Notes: a model not told the origin generated them from the sequence alone. DNA of 35,620 nucleotides from a virus (IMGVR_UViG_3300009095_000038:1-35620); one strand, 5' to 3'; counted from the stretch's first letter, positions 1 through 8,934 are shown. Translations and numbers: made by a program.

Positions 1-141
1 AGACTGTGCTTCCAGTACCGACTTGGGGTAATAGGCTGAGGAACCTTGCACATCGCCCTCAATGATTTTCAGCTTCCAAGCCTTGCCGGTAGCCGAAGGT
101 TCCATTGGCGCGACCTTGCTGGTCTCAATCAAATTAGCCAT
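1..141 (-). CDS. Capsid maturation protease / head morphogenesis protein, N-terminal part (runs off the window edge)
   Basis: ATG at 141 with RBS AAGGAAAGG; reads MANLIETSKVAPMEPSATGKAWKLKIIEGDVQGSSAYYPKSVLEAQS. The W.L.II...GSS.YYP..VLE pattern is typical of actinophage head proteases, and the gene lies directly downstream of the portal. Confidence 0.7.
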   Translation of the reverse strand, partial: MANLIETSKVAPMEPSATGKAWKLKIIEGDVQGSSAYYPKSVLEAQS

Positions 142-168
142 GAATTGCCTTTCCTTACTTTCATACCA

Positions 169-177
169 AGTTTATCA
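169..177 (-). promoter_or_regulatory. Extended -10 promoter TGATAAACT (late-type) for the protease gene
   Basis: Same 9-mer as before the portal gene; no TTGACA upstream; lies right after a terminator. Confidence 0.6.
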
Positions 178-187
178 CAACGAAAAG

Positions 188-218
188 AATAACTCCTCCC
201 AAGCTGGGAGGAGTTATT
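188..218 (-). terminator. Intrinsic terminator after portal
   Basis: Perfect 13-bp stem AATAACTCCTCCC/GGGAGGAGTTATT followed by CTTTT on the minus strand. Confidence 0.8.
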
Positions 219-223
219 GCTAT

Positions 224-1711
224 TTACTTATTACCGCTTCCGTCTGACGGGTCATACTCGTGCGCCCCACCGCCTAGATCGCTACGGTTCGAGTTGTCTC
301 CGTAGCTGGCGTTCGCGTAGTCAGGGGTCTCTGCTGCCTGTTTCTCAGCTTCTTCCTCTGCCTTGATCTGAGCAAGGATCAGCAAGCCCAGCTCTTCTTC
401 AGTAGGCAAGTCCTTCTCAGTCTCAAGCCCCAGAATCGTAACCAGCATTCCACGGACTTCCTCAGCGTGAAGCACATTGAGTTGTACAGCCTGAACCAAT
501 GCCTGAACGCGACGGTACTCTGGGTCAGTCTCAATTGGCTCGAAGTGTGCCTTGACTTCCTTGCCCCAATATGCAAACAGACGCTCGAAGAAACTAGCCC
601 AGCTCTTCTGTCGTTCCACCATTGCTGCCAGCTTGGAAGCCGTCAGAGTCTCGGCTGCCGAACGGTTGGACAGGCTTGAGTCAGAAAGCAAGTCTGTGAG
701 CGGAATTTCAAGCCCTGCTGCCACATACGAAGCCAAAGGCAAACCAGTAGAGAAGTCTACTGATCCTGAAGTACGTCCCACAGCCTGTAGGTTAGCCCCC
801 GGAGCCATGACAGCGGTGCCACCAATATCTTCTCGCACACCGTGGGGCGAGGTCGCTGTAGAGGCTCCTACCTTAGTTGCCACAGCCTTGACAGACTTAG
901 GCGTAGGTGCAGTCGCCTTGAACGCGAATCGGCTGTATGCCTTGACAAGTCGCGCCTGATCCTCTAGGAACTCCTTGTGCGACTTAGCCCAGAAGATCAC
1001 GCTCATTGCGTCAGGGATACCCCAGCGCCAGCCCACTTGCTTGTTCACGCAGTGGTCGATGAGCACACCTGACCAGTCGATCTTGACTTTCTGGATCGTT
1101 TGTGGTCGGCGCTTACCCCTAGGCTCCTCGTACAGGTCTGAGGGATACCAAGCTACCTTGCGCTTCACATCCCCGTTTGCTTCACCTGTGTTAGTAGTCT
1201 CAGTCCACTCTCGGCGGTAGAACCAAATCTCTTCAGGGTTCTCAGGGTTGCACACATGTGCGGTGATCTGCTTGAACGGGATTCGGATCGCTCGTGGAGC
1301 CGTAGAGGTGGCTGAACGCCTACCACGGATTTGCCCCTTTGCCAAGACGAAGAAGTTGCCGTCCGTAGCCAGCGCACGCTCATTCTCAGCCAGCGCTTCC
1401 GAGCTGAACAGGAACCGCTTGTTCAAGGGGTTGGTGAACACGTCATGCGTCTCCTCCACGCCCTCAAACTGAATCCCCTTGCCCCAGATGTAAGAGGTAC
1501 GCACAGCCACGCCACGCTTGACCAGAGGGTTGATCGTGACCATTGCACGCAAGAGGTCAGAGGTTTCCTCTAGTGTGCCCTTGTCAAGCTCATCCCCATC
1601 AAATTCTTGTCCAAGAGGCTTCCAACCAATATCGTCGATAGCCAGCTGAATATCAGCCATGCGACTTTCGACCAACTCATTGACAACATCTTCAATCTGT
1701 GATTCTTCCAT
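224..1711 (-). CDS. Portal protein
   Basis: ~495 aa between terminase and protease; NPLVKRGV..R..YIWG.G and E....DGN.F motifs of actinophage portals. ATG 1711 has RBS AGGAG; the ORF-track start 1723 has none. Confidence 0.88.
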   Translation of the reverse strand: MEESQIEDVVNELVESRMADIQLAIDDIGWKPLGQEFDGDELDKGTLEETSDLLRAMVTINPLVKRGVAVRTSYIWGKGIQFEGVEETHDVFTNPLNKRFLFSSEALAENERALATDGNFFVLAKGQIRGRRSATSTAPRAIRIPFKQITAHVCNPENPEEIWFYRREWTETTNTGEANGDVKRKVAWYPSDLYEEPRGKRRPQTIQKVKIDWSGVLIDHCVNKQVGWRWGIPDAMSVIFWAKSHKEFLEDQARLVKAYSRFAFKATAPTPKSVKAVATKVGASTATSPHGVREDIGGTAVMAPGANLQAVGRTSGSVDFSTGLPLASYVAAGLEIPLTDLLSDSSLSNRSAAETLTASKLAAMVERQKSWASFFERLFAYWGKEVKAHFEPIETDPEYRRVQALVQAVQLNVLHAEEVRGMLVTILGLETEKDLPTEEELGLLILAQIKAEEEAEKQAAETPDYANASYGDNSNRSDLGGGAHEYDPSDGSGNK

Positions 1712-1723
1712 TGCTCTCCTCAT

Positions 1724-1767
1724 AAAAAACTAACCGGCCTCTAAACACTAGTTTATCAGCCGGTTAG
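1724..1767 (-). promoter_or_regulatory. Hairpin CTAACCGGC/GCCGGTTAG + T6 (terminator-like) with extended -10 TGATAAACT (1750-1758) in its loop
   Basis: Inverted repeat 1730-1738/1759-1767; T-run follows on the minus strand; promoter motif inside. Confidence 0.6.
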
Positions 1768-1791
1768 AAATATTCATTTTAGGGTTAGGGG

Positions 1792-1820
1792 TTGACACTT
1801 AGGGTAGGAGCTAGTAGAGT
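1792..1820 (+). promoter_or_regulatory. SigA-type promoter TTGACA-17-TAGAGT
   Basis: Consensus -35, 17-bp spacer, TANNNT -10; followed by RBS AAGGAG and GTG 1856. Confidence 0.85.
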
Positions 1821-1855
1821 TGAGGTACCCCAACAAATCAACCAAGGAGCACACC

Positions 1856-2245
1856 GTGGCACGACTGCTAACCACTCAACCCCAAGATATTCGCGAAGGA
1901 GATATCATCCACGCACACGCGGATGGTATGATGTGGGCCAACCAAAAGGTCATCTCTAATAATCTAGAGGAGGGGTTTATCAGAACCAAGGCTACCGATA
2001 ACGGAATCACGGAAGGTTTCGCATACGGGGAAACAGGGTTCACTTTCTACCTAGCAGAACGGCCCAAGCCTCCCCTCCCTACCGTTATCGGTTCGGTAGT
2101 CGTGGCCGATGGAGTGAAGTATGTTCGTTTGCGAGAGGACTCAGAGGCCAGCTTCGAGTGGGTATGGGATGACGGGGTACTAATCCATGAGGTTCCCTCC
2201 GAAAATCTGGCTCGCATGGACTACACAGTAGGGGAAAACAAGTGA
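1856..2245 (+). CDS. Hypothetical protein, paralog of 17817..18194
   Basis: GTG start with AAGGAG RBS; shares NQKV...TEGF...TFYL.ERPK.PLPT.IGSVV.ADG...FEW with the ORF at 17817. Confidence 0.8.
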   Translation: MARLLTTQPQDIREGDIIHAHADGMMWANQKVISNNLEEGFIRTKATDNGITEGFAYGETGFTFYLAERPKPPLPTVIGSVVVADGVKYVRLREDSEASFEWVWDDGVLIHEVPSENLARMDYTVGENK

Positions 2246-2571
2246 TTAACGATTATACTCCGGGTACCGAGGAAGTCTCGGCTGTCTGGCGGGAATGGTC
2301 TAACTATGGTGGACTGACAGACCGGCCATACGACATGCACAAGCGTGAATACCTAGTAGAAGAATTTGACCGCTGGCTAGAGGCAGTCCGCGCCGAAGCT
2401 AAAGCAGAAGCCCTGCTTGAAGCAGTTATCGAGATGGAGAGGCTTGAGGAAGTCGGCAGAACACCTAGGAACCTGACTAGCGAAGAAGACGCACGTCTTT
2501 ATTGGGAGCTACGTGAGTTAGGCGCTTCTAAATGGTTACGGGCACGAGCGGAACGCTTAGCCAAAGAATAG
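2242..2571 (+). CDS. Hypothetical protein (EFDRWL..VRAEA phage family)
   Basis: GTGA overlap with the upstream gene, 109 aa, followed by a terminator. Confidence 0.75.
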   Translation: MINDYTPGTEEVSAVWREWSNYGGLTDRPYDMHKREYLVEEFDRWLEAVRAEAKAEALLEAVIEMERLEEVGRTPRNLTSEEDARLYWELRELGASKWLRARAERLAKE

Positions 2572-2573
2572 AG

Positions 2574-2602
2574 AAGGCCACCTACATTTAGTAGGTGGCC
2601 TT
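2574..2602. terminator. Bidirectional terminator between the plus-strand cassette and terL
   Basis: Perfect 12-bp stem AAGGCCACCTAC/GTAGGTGGCCTT between convergent stop codons. Confidence 0.8.
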
Positions 2603-2607
2603 ACCTT

Positions 2608-4101
2608 TTAGAAAGGGCTAACCCCCGAGTTGAAGTCAGCGAACAGCTGTTGCAACTCGTACTCGTATTCCTCGCCAATCTCCATCTGGTTCACAGGGTC
2701 TTCTGGGTCAAAACCAATGTCAACCGCTGCGTAGATAAATGCGTCGGCGTAGTCGGGAGATTTCCCAAGACGCTTGCGAATGTCATCCTTGGATTCAATC
2801 TGCAACGAGTTACGGCTTGCAGAGAACTTGTACTCTAGGTCAAGCAATTCGTCATGCAGTATCTCATCGTCAAAGTCAAGGTCAATCTTGCCCAGACGCA
2901 TTTGCTCTCGAATGGTGTCATGCCAGTAAGCACGAGCGTTGAGCCATTTGTCAAGGTCTGGGGATGCTGCGTTACCCACCAGCCCAATCGGGATGTACTG
3001 ACCCTCGCACATACGGTGAAGCATGTCAACTACTGGGCCACCCAAGCCAACGCCGTCAACTCGGACTTCTTTCGCCCCTGTGCGTAACGCAATGTTGTGA
3101 ATCTTCTCAGCTGTGGTAACGGTGTCAGTCTTGTTCCAGTGTTCTTCCAGTCTCACCACACCGCCGTGATTCGAGTACACTACCGTGTCATCCGAACCGA
3201 AGCGGGAAATATCGCAACCCAGCACAACCTGTGCATCCTCAGAGGGGTAAATCTCCGTCGCCTTGCCAGTGTTGATTACACCCAGCGAGAACAGCTTGGT
3301 AGTGGAGTCAGTAGAGAACTCACCTAGTACCTTAGCCTTGTAGCGAGGGTCATCTTCACCCCACGCACGCCTACGGGCTTCCACCCAGCGAGGGGAGATG
3401 AGGCCAGCCTTAGCGTCATCAGGGAACGGCTCACCAGTGAAGTTGGGCGTGTCGAACGCGCTAATGGTGATCTTGTGCCAGTCTGGGTCATCTTTCAGGA
3501 AGATGCGTGCGAACTCGCCTGTAGGCACATCGGGGTTAGCGATTGCCATCACAGAATCGTTTCGACCAGTAGTGATCGCATAAACGTTTGTCCACAAATT
3601 ATCGGCTACACCATTGGCTTCGTCCAGCACCGCCAACACACCGCCGGAGGCGTGGATACCCTGAAAAGTGGAGACTGACGTATCGGCAGGCTTGCGACCC
3701 CAAGCAAGCTCAGCGCCTCCGTCATCTTTCCACTCGTTCTGCAAGGTCACATAGCCTCGCATATTGTTTTTCTCATGATGCTGGCGCACATAGCGCCACA
3801 GCACCTTGGATACCTGCTCAGCCGATGGAGCGGTGGACACGACAACTGCACCTGTGCCGTAGCGAGTGTCAACCCACCACGCGACAATCACAGAGGCTAG
3901 ATATGATTTCCCCGAACCGTGACAAGACTTGACAGCTACTCTCTGATACTTGACTAGAGCCTCAGCAATCTCAACCTGCTTATTCCATAAGGTAATGCCC
4001 AGCTTGTCCTTAGCCCAAGATTTAATGTCAGTTTTATAGCATTCGTTCTTGATCGCTTGATCGACTTGATTGATCGCTAGGTTGAGAAAATTATAGCTCA
4101 T
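2608..4101 (-). CDS. terL: Terminase large subunit
   Basis: Walker A VKSCHGSGKS, Walker B VLDEA, coupling motif IANP, nuclease GCDISRFGSDDTV and SPDYADA; no intein. Confidence 0.95.
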   Translation of the reverse strand: MSYNFLNLAINQVDQAIKNECYKTDIKSWAKDKLGITLWNKQVEIAEALVKYQRVAVKSCHGSGKSYLASVIVAWWVDTRYGTGAVVVSTAPSAEQVSKVLWRYVRQHHEKNNMRGYVTLQNEWKDDGGAELAWGRKPADTSVSTFQGIHASGGVLAVLDEANGVADNLWTNVYAITTGRNDSVMAIANPDVPTGEFARIFLKDDPDWHKITISAFDTPNFTGEPFPDDAKAGLISPRWVEARRRAWGEDDPRYKAKVLGEFSTDSTTKLFSLGVINTGKATEIYPSEDAQVVLGCDISRFGSDDTVVYSNHGGVVRLEEHWNKTDTVTTAEKIHNIALRTGAKEVRVDGVGLGGPVVDMLHRMCEGQYIPIGLVGNAASPDLDKWLNARAYWHDTIREQMRLGKIDLDFDDEILHDELLDLEYKFSASRNSLQIESKDDIRKRLGKSPDYADAFIYAAVDIGFDPEDPVNQMEIGEEYEYELQQLFADFNSGVSPF

Positions 4102-4291
4102 TCATAATCGCCTCATCAAATGCTTCAGGGTCATTCTGATCCAGCCACATGAGCCTAATCACCTGCACAAGCAAGTCTGAGGGGTACTCATCCTTGTTGA
4201 AGTGTGCTAGGGTCAGCAACTGATTCTCAGTCGGCAACTCATTGGAACCGAACACAGCATCCAACAGTTCTTCCAAAGGGCTACTGGTCAT
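4091..4291 (-). CDS. Hypothetical acidic protein
   Basis: 66 aa, RBS GAGG, overlaps both neighbours. Confidence 0.65.
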   Translation of the reverse strand: MTSSPLEELLDAVFGSNELPTENQLLTLAHFNKDEYPSDLLVQVIRLMWLDQNDPEAFDEAIMNEL

Positions 4292-4802
4292 TTTTGACCT
4301 CTTCCAAAGCTAGCTTGCTAATCTCATTGAACTTGGGGTTGAAGTTTCGCTGTAGCTCTTGAAAATCTTCAAAGGTTGTGATACTCATCAGCGACTCTCG
4401 CATGTAGGCCTGAATAGAGGACACTACACCTAGTAGAATACTCACCTGCACCTTAGTGAGCTGTACCTGATCCTGCTCAATGGCTACTCTACGACTCGCA
4501 GCCGTTGCCTGCAAGTTCTCAATCTCTTGCAACACCTTGAGCACAGCCAGTACAGCATCTGAGTCCAACTGCATCTGTAGCACTTCGTGTGCCGTGACTA
4601 GCAGTGCCTCAACGCGCTCACTCTGCAAAATGTACTGTTCTTCAAAGGGGATGGAGTATCGGTCACGACAATACTCCTGCCACACTTCAATAACCTTGTC
4701 AACCTTTACTTCAAGGTTCTCAGCAATTTGGTTGAAGCTATTACCTTTGAGCAACAGCTTCACGACGGATGTAGTTAGGGAGTTTCCTGAATATTCTTTC
4801 AT
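4281..4802 (-). CDS. Putative terminase small subunit (N-terminal HTH), probably leaderless
   Basis: GNSFNQIAENL HTH-like segment plus a helical body; two genes upstream of terL; ATG 7 nt after TGATAGAGT. Confidence 0.6.
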   Translation of the reverse strand: MKEYSGNSLTTSVVKLLLKGNSFNQIAENLEVKVDKVIEVWQEYCRDRYSIPFEEQYILQSERVEALLVTAHEVLQMQLDSDAVLAVLKVLQEIENLQATAASRRVAIEQDQVQLTKVQVSILLGVVSSIQAYMRESLMSITTFEDFQELQRNFNPKFNEISKLALEEVKNDQ

Positions 4803-4809
4803 GCCACTT

Positions 4810-4818
4810 ACTCTATCA
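4810..4818 (-). promoter_or_regulatory. Extended -10 promoter TGATAGAGT (late-type), leaderless
   Basis: 7 nt to ATG 4802; no RBS and no -35. Confidence 0.6.
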
Positions 4819-4825
4819 GATGGAC

Positions 4826-4860
4826 AGAAATAGCCCCTCCTTACCGGAGAGGCTATTTCT
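4826..4860 (-). terminator. Intrinsic terminator after the 785-aa gene
   Basis: Stem AGAAATAGCC.CTCC/GGAG.GGCTATTTCT. Confidence 0.75.
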
Positions 4861-4867
4861 TATTTAG

Positions 4868-7225
4868 TTACCCTTCGATGTAAATCTCTACAGAGTGGAA
4901 AGTTATACTGTCCCCACTGCCAGATGCACCTGCTGCAAGTCGTAGTTGCTTTTCAGTAGACATATTTACTGTGGTTTGTTGAGAGTTTACTTGAGGACTG
5001 CTACCAGATAGGGTAAGGGTGCTCAACATATGCTGACTATTGGCATCCCTCATAGTCACGTCTACCTGCAAGGTAAAGTGCCCATTTTGACCTGACGTTA
5101 CTGTGTGCGTAGTCACCGCACTGTCGGTGGTAGCCCCTAACCGTGTGGTGAGAGCCTTGTTACCTGACGTACCTCCAATAATACCTGAAGCCTTTAAGGT
5201 AATCTTTTTAGGAGGGCGAATACTCTTAGGCGTGTCATTCCACCAACCCGCGGTCAAGTTCCACTCGTACAAGTAGGTAACACCTGTGTTGTGCGTGAGC
5301 GGAGTGTAATTTCCTACTACCTTACGCACTGGGGCATATAGGGAGTTATCTATGCCTTGAATGTACGCTGCATAGGTTCCTAGTGTGAGCACACCGCCTG
5401 AACGCGCTTCGGTATTTGTGCTATTAGCGTCTGCTCCTACGCCAAAAGCATCCTCGCTGAACAGGATGTAAGAGTTACCCGTCGACTGAATGGCAATTGT
5501 GTTCCTCTTAAATATTGAACCTCCAGCATTAGCACGAGAGTTTACACGAGCCAACAGGCCATAATCGTTATCCTCAAAGGTGCAGTAGTCCACATGCCCT
5601 ACCGAGGACTCCTGCGCGAGAACCCCATAGTAGTTATTTCGGAAGATCGGCCCCTGAGCCAAGCTACCGTACTGTGTGCCGATAGAGTGGTTGTTGAGCA
5701 TCAAGGAACGTATGGCTGCGCCTGCCGAGGAAGACCCTGCTGTGCGCCCGTTATTAGTGAACACACCGCCCGTAACATCTAGGATACTTCGGGAACAAGT
5801 GATTCCCCAGAAGCAACTATCAAAGTGTGCGTTAATTGTCCGTAACACTCCACCACCTGTTGCAGCAATGCCTGCTGCGGAAGAGTTGCCATTAAACCCG
5901 GCAAACTTAACGTCCTCAATGATCAGCTCTAGGCTAGGGTCGCGCATAACCAGACCTGAAGATGTGTTACCTGCCCCCATTTGAACCACTGCTGTTGGTA
6001 CATTAGGGTGGCCTTTGGTTGGCCCCTTGATGTGGATGATCCGTCTGGTTGCGTTCAGTGCGTCAAAGCGAATCGACTCCCCGTAGATGCCAGCCCCGAG
6101 GATGATATTCGTTTTGATGCCTGTAGCATAGGTCTTATTCTGAGTCTGTTGGACAGCCTTGTTGATAGTACGGTAGGCTGTTCCTGAGGTCAACCCATTA
6201 TTGCTGTCGCTACCCGTTGTGCTCACGTAGTAAGTCTGATCCGTGGTAATCTCCTGTACCACATCGCTAAGAGCATTGTCTATGGTAGACTCTAGCAACT
6301 CTAGACGTACAGCATGTTCTGGGGCTGAGGCAACTCCTATGGAGGTGTTGCCACTACCATCTCGCAAGGCTATAGTGTTTGCAGTCGGTTGTGCTGTGGA
6401 GGCATTCAACTTGCTCTTGTCAGCGCTTGACATAAGGCCATTAGCTGTGGTAGTAGCTACTCCCGGAACTAGGGGCACAAACTCAGTCCACGTATTAGCA
6501 GTCTGCACATTAGCCCAGCGGATTAGTGGTGGGCGAGAGCTATCTCCCCAAGCGTCCTTGATGATCTGAATGGCTGTGCCATCATAGCCCGTATATGAGG
6601 TAGTAATGCTTGTTACCACATAAGGCCAGCCATTAGCAGTAGACGATGAGCGCACAGAGGTTAGCCCGTTGGGGTAAGTGTTCGGCGCATCAGACATGTT
6701 CTTAGTGTTGAGCGCTAGGTATGTAGAGTTATCCCCCTTTGGCCCTTGTGGGCCTCTCTGTAACACGAAGTCAAGTACCGCGTCAGTATTAGTCCCCGAG
6801 TTGGTAACTTGGGGGGCGCTACCTTCCACAACAGTACCTACAGCTACAGTCGCTGCTTCACCGGGAATGCCCTGCGGCCCAATGCCATATGCTGGAGGGC
6901 GAGTATCAAAATATCGTGGCAACGAGACAAATTCTACTGTCTCCGTAGAATTTGGAACTCCCACCATCCATTCATATGATTTACCGTGGCGATCCGTAAC
7001 CTTAATCCTCTGAGCCCACGCAATCTCACCGTCTACTGGTTCGGGCGTAGGGGAAACATTTGCTGCGGTCGCTTCGCCGTTAACTAGATCGTGTTTGGTG
7101 GGGGAAGGTAGTACAAGGGAAGTGCTCCGGCTATGCGCCAGCGTAGGCTTGATCTCAACCGTGCCGAAGAGAATCTCGGCCTCAGAACCTCCGCCTCGAC
7201 GGAAATTAAAGTGTATATTTGTCAA
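4868..7225 (-). CDS. Tail spike / fibre-like virion protein with collagen-like linker and right-handed beta-helix (pectin-lyase-like) domain; possible depolymerase or receptor-binding protein
   Basis: GPQGIPGEAATVAVGTV...RGPQGPKGD; ATTTANGLMSSADKSKL fibre motif; YYVSTTGSDSNNG...AYRTINKAV (DUF1565-type beta-helix start); N/G/S-rich repeats such as F.NN.YG. Confidence 0.75.
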   Translation of the reverse strand: MTNIHFNFRRGGGSEAEILFGTVEIKPTLAHSRSTSLVLPSPTKHDLVNGEATAANVSPTPEPVDGEIAWAQRIKVTDRHGKSYEWMVGVPNSTETVEFVSLPRYFDTRPPAYGIGPQGIPGEAATVAVGTVVEGSAPQVTNSGTNTDAVLDFVLQRGPQGPKGDNSTYLALNTKNMSDAPNTYPNGLTSVRSSSTANGWPYVVTSITTSYTGYDGTAIQIIKDAWGDSSRPPLIRWANVQTANTWTEFVPLVPGVATTTANGLMSSADKSKLNASTAQPTANTIALRDGSGNTSIGVASAPEHAVRLELLESTIDNALSDVVQEITTDQTYYVSTTGSDSNNGLTSGTAYRTINKAVQQTQNKTYATGIKTNIILGAGIYGESIRFDALNATRRIIHIKGPTKGHPNVPTAVVQMGAGNTSSGLVMRDPSLELIIEDVKFAGFNGNSSAAGIAATGGGVLRTINAHFDSCFWGITCSRSILDVTGGVFTNNGRTAGSSSAGAAIRSLMLNNHSIGTQYGSLAQGPIFRNNYYGVLAQESSVGHVDYCTFEDNDYGLLARVNSRANAGGSIFKRNTIAIQSTGNSYILFSEDAFGVGADANSTNTEARSGGVLTLGTYAAYIQGIDNSLYAPVRKVVGNYTPLTHNTGVTYLYEWNLTAGWWNDTPKSIRPPKKITLKASGIIGGTSGNKALTTRLGATTDSAVTTHTVTSGQNGHFTLQVDVTMRDANSQHMLSTLTLSGSSPQVNSQQTTVNMSTEKQLRLAAGASGSGDSITFHSVEIYIEG

Positions 7226-7266
7226 TCTGACCTGCCTAGAATAAATCGAAGTATTGTGACTACTCC

Positions 7267-7275
7267 ATTCTATCA
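7267..7275 (-). promoter_or_regulatory. Extended -10 promoter TGATAGAAT (late-type)
   Basis: Matches TG[AC]TA[AG]ANT upstream of the 785-aa gene. Confidence 0.55.
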
Positions 7276-7277
7276 GC

Positions 7278-7619
7278 CTACCAAGCAGAGTAGTTCGCTA
7301 TCAGGTAAGTCAAGTTCACAATCGGGGTTGCGCCCTCGGGGATGTAGAACCTGAACTGCATTGCGCCCTCTTTAGAGCAGTCGTGCGTTGCTGGGTAGAC
7401 CATGAGCACGTAGTACCAGTTCTCTCCCTCAGCTCTCTGAGGCAAATCCAAGAACACTGCCACACCCTGTCCCGGAGTCAGCTCAGCCGTCTCGTGGAAC
7501 GGGGGAGCAGATTGGTTCATGCCGTTAACAATCGGTTCACTCACCCAGAGTTCGGCTCTACCTGTGATAGGCGTTCCAGTTGAGTCTGCAAAGACAGCAA
7601 TAAAGTGTGAAGTAGCCAT
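7278..7619 (-). CDS. Hypothetical beta-rich protein, possibly virion-associated; probably leaderless
   Basis: 113 aa; F.D.TG.P..G pattern reminiscent of N-terminal anchor domains of actinophage minor structural proteins; ATG 6 nt after TGCTAGAAT (7626-7634). Confidence 0.65.
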   Translation of the reverse strand: MATSHFIAVFADSTGTPITGRAELWVSEPIVNGMNQSAPPFHETAELTPGQGVAVFLDLPQRAEGENWYYVLMVYPATHDCSKEGAMQFRFYIPEGATPIVNLTYLIANYSAW

Positions 7620-7638
7620 GTAACAATTCTAGCAAACG

Positions 7639-7723
7639 CAAAAGCCCCCTACCGAAGTAGAGGGCTTTCGACGGACGCTCATGGAGCTGTTTTCTTGGGT
7701 GGGTTACTCTGGCTTGTCCGTTG
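7639..7723 (-). ncRNA. Candidate small RNA (~85 nt)
   Basis: Extended -10 TGCTAAACT at 7729-7737, no RBS-linked ORF, internal stem ACGGAC/GTCCGT, hairpin GCTC-CAT-GAGC, ends in the UUCG terminator. Confidence 0.4.
7641..7668 (-). terminator. Intrinsic terminator with UUCG loop
   Basis: Minus strand AAAGCCCTCTAC-TTCG-GTAGGGGGCTTTT. Confidence 0.85.
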
Positions 7724-7741
7724 CTACAAGTTTAGCACATG

Positions 7742-8575
7742 TCAGACAGCGACAGGTGCTTTGATCGTTGGGTGGGGGTCATAGCCGATGAGCCGGAAAA
7801 GCTCAGGGGTTAGAGTGTCTAAGCTGTCAATGGTGCCTATCTCCAACCTAGGGGCACTCTTAGGCTCTCGGTCTAACTGTTCACGCACCTGTTCAAAGTG
7901 ATTCGAGTAGATGTGTGCATCTCCGATAGTAATGTTCAGCTTTCCGGGTTCATGCCCAGACAGCTGAGCAATAATTCGCTGTAGAAGCGCGTACTGTGCG
8001 ATATTGAACGGTAGCCCTAGGAACATGTCACTCGAACGCTGATAGAGCTGTAGGTCAAGGGTACCGTCCGTGTGTACATAGCACTGGAACATGGTGTGGC
8101 ATGGCGGTAAGGCCATTTGACCAATCTGACCCACGTTCCAAGCGTTCACAATGTGTCTACGTGAGTACGGATCAGCCTTGATACCGTCAATCAGGTTCTG
8201 CATCTGGTCAACTCGGTACACCTTGAATGCACTAGTCTCTGGCTTGTGGACAGACTGTGCACTTCGTCTCCACTGCTCGCCGTATCCGGGGCCAATGGTG
8301 CCGTCTTCCTGCTCCCACTCATCCCAGATCGTAACCCCGTACTTCTCACGGAGTTCCTTTACGTTGACTGAGCCTGAAAGCATCCACAGCAACTCCCCGA
8401 CTACCGACTTGAAGTGCACACGCTTAGTGGTGAGGATCGGGAAGTCCTCTGAGTTCCAGAACTCTAGGTTCAGCCCAAAGATCGAGCGTGTGCCCATACC
8501 TGTGCGGTCAATTCGCTCTTCACCCTCGGCAAGCACATGGTTCAATGCCTCTAGGTAATCCCAATCTGCAATCAC
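7742..8575 (-). CDS. thyA: Thymidylate synthase ThyA
   Basis: DRTGMGT, FPILTTK, ELLW, SRRHIV, MALPPCH (catalytic Cys), LYQRSSDMFLGLPFN, GDAHIY. GTG 8575 has RBS GAGGAG; the ORF track over-extends to 8689. Confidence 0.97.
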   Translation of the reverse strand: MIADWDYLEALNHVLAEGEERIDRTGMGTRSIFGLNLEFWNSEDFPILTTKRVHFKSVVGELLWMLSGSVNVKELREKYGVTIWDEWEQEDGTIGPGYGEQWRRSAQSVHKPETSAFKVYRVDQMQNLIDGIKADPYSRRHIVNAWNVGQIGQMALPPCHTMFQCYVHTDGTLDLQLYQRSSDMFLGLPFNIAQYALLQRIIAQLSGHEPGKLNITIGDAHIYSNHFEQVREQLDREPKSAPRLEIGTIDSLDTLTPELFRLIGYDPHPTIKAPVAV

Positions 8576-8636
8576 TTGTTTTTCTCCTCTTGAATTGCTT
8601 GAACAATGATAATGGTTGCTACGATAAGGCTGAGTA

Positions 8637-8897
8637 TTACGAGCACTGGCGAGCCAACTTATATACGAAGTGCCACAAGGTTTCAACAATCATCTGCTGG
8701 TCTTCCAAGCTTGCCTCATTGAAGTCCGCTTCAATAATCGCCATTGCTACGTCTTCTGGCAAGTACTCCCCGTAGTTGGCTGAGTAGGTGCGCCCATCCT
8801 CAAATCGAATATCGAAACCCGCTTGGTCGATGATGACCTCATCGCCCCAAGTGTCGCCTTCTTCACCCTCTGGCTTGTTGGTTACTTCGTAAATCAC
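8637..8897 (-). CDS. Hypothetical acidic protein
   Basis: 86 aa; GTG with AAGGAG RBS downstream of a TTGACA promoter. Confidence 0.75.
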   Translation of the reverse strand: MIYEVTNKPEGEEGDTWGDEVIIDQAGFDIRFEDGRTYSANYGEYLPEDVAMAIIEADFNEASLEDQQMIVETLWHFVYKLARQCS

Positions 8898-8934
8898 GGT
8901 GTGCTCCTTGGTTGTGTTTTGCTATCTGGTAACT

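Noticed and set aside
379-6569. Numerous short opposite-strand or alternate-frame ORFs within portal, terL and spike (similar ones occur in primase and polymerase)
   Set aside because: Shadow ORFs with no RBS, promoter or recognisable motifs
8576-8689. N-terminal extension of ThyA in the ORF track
   Set aside because: Overlaps the upstream gene, lacks an RBS and is not ThyA-like; GTG 8575 has a strong RBS
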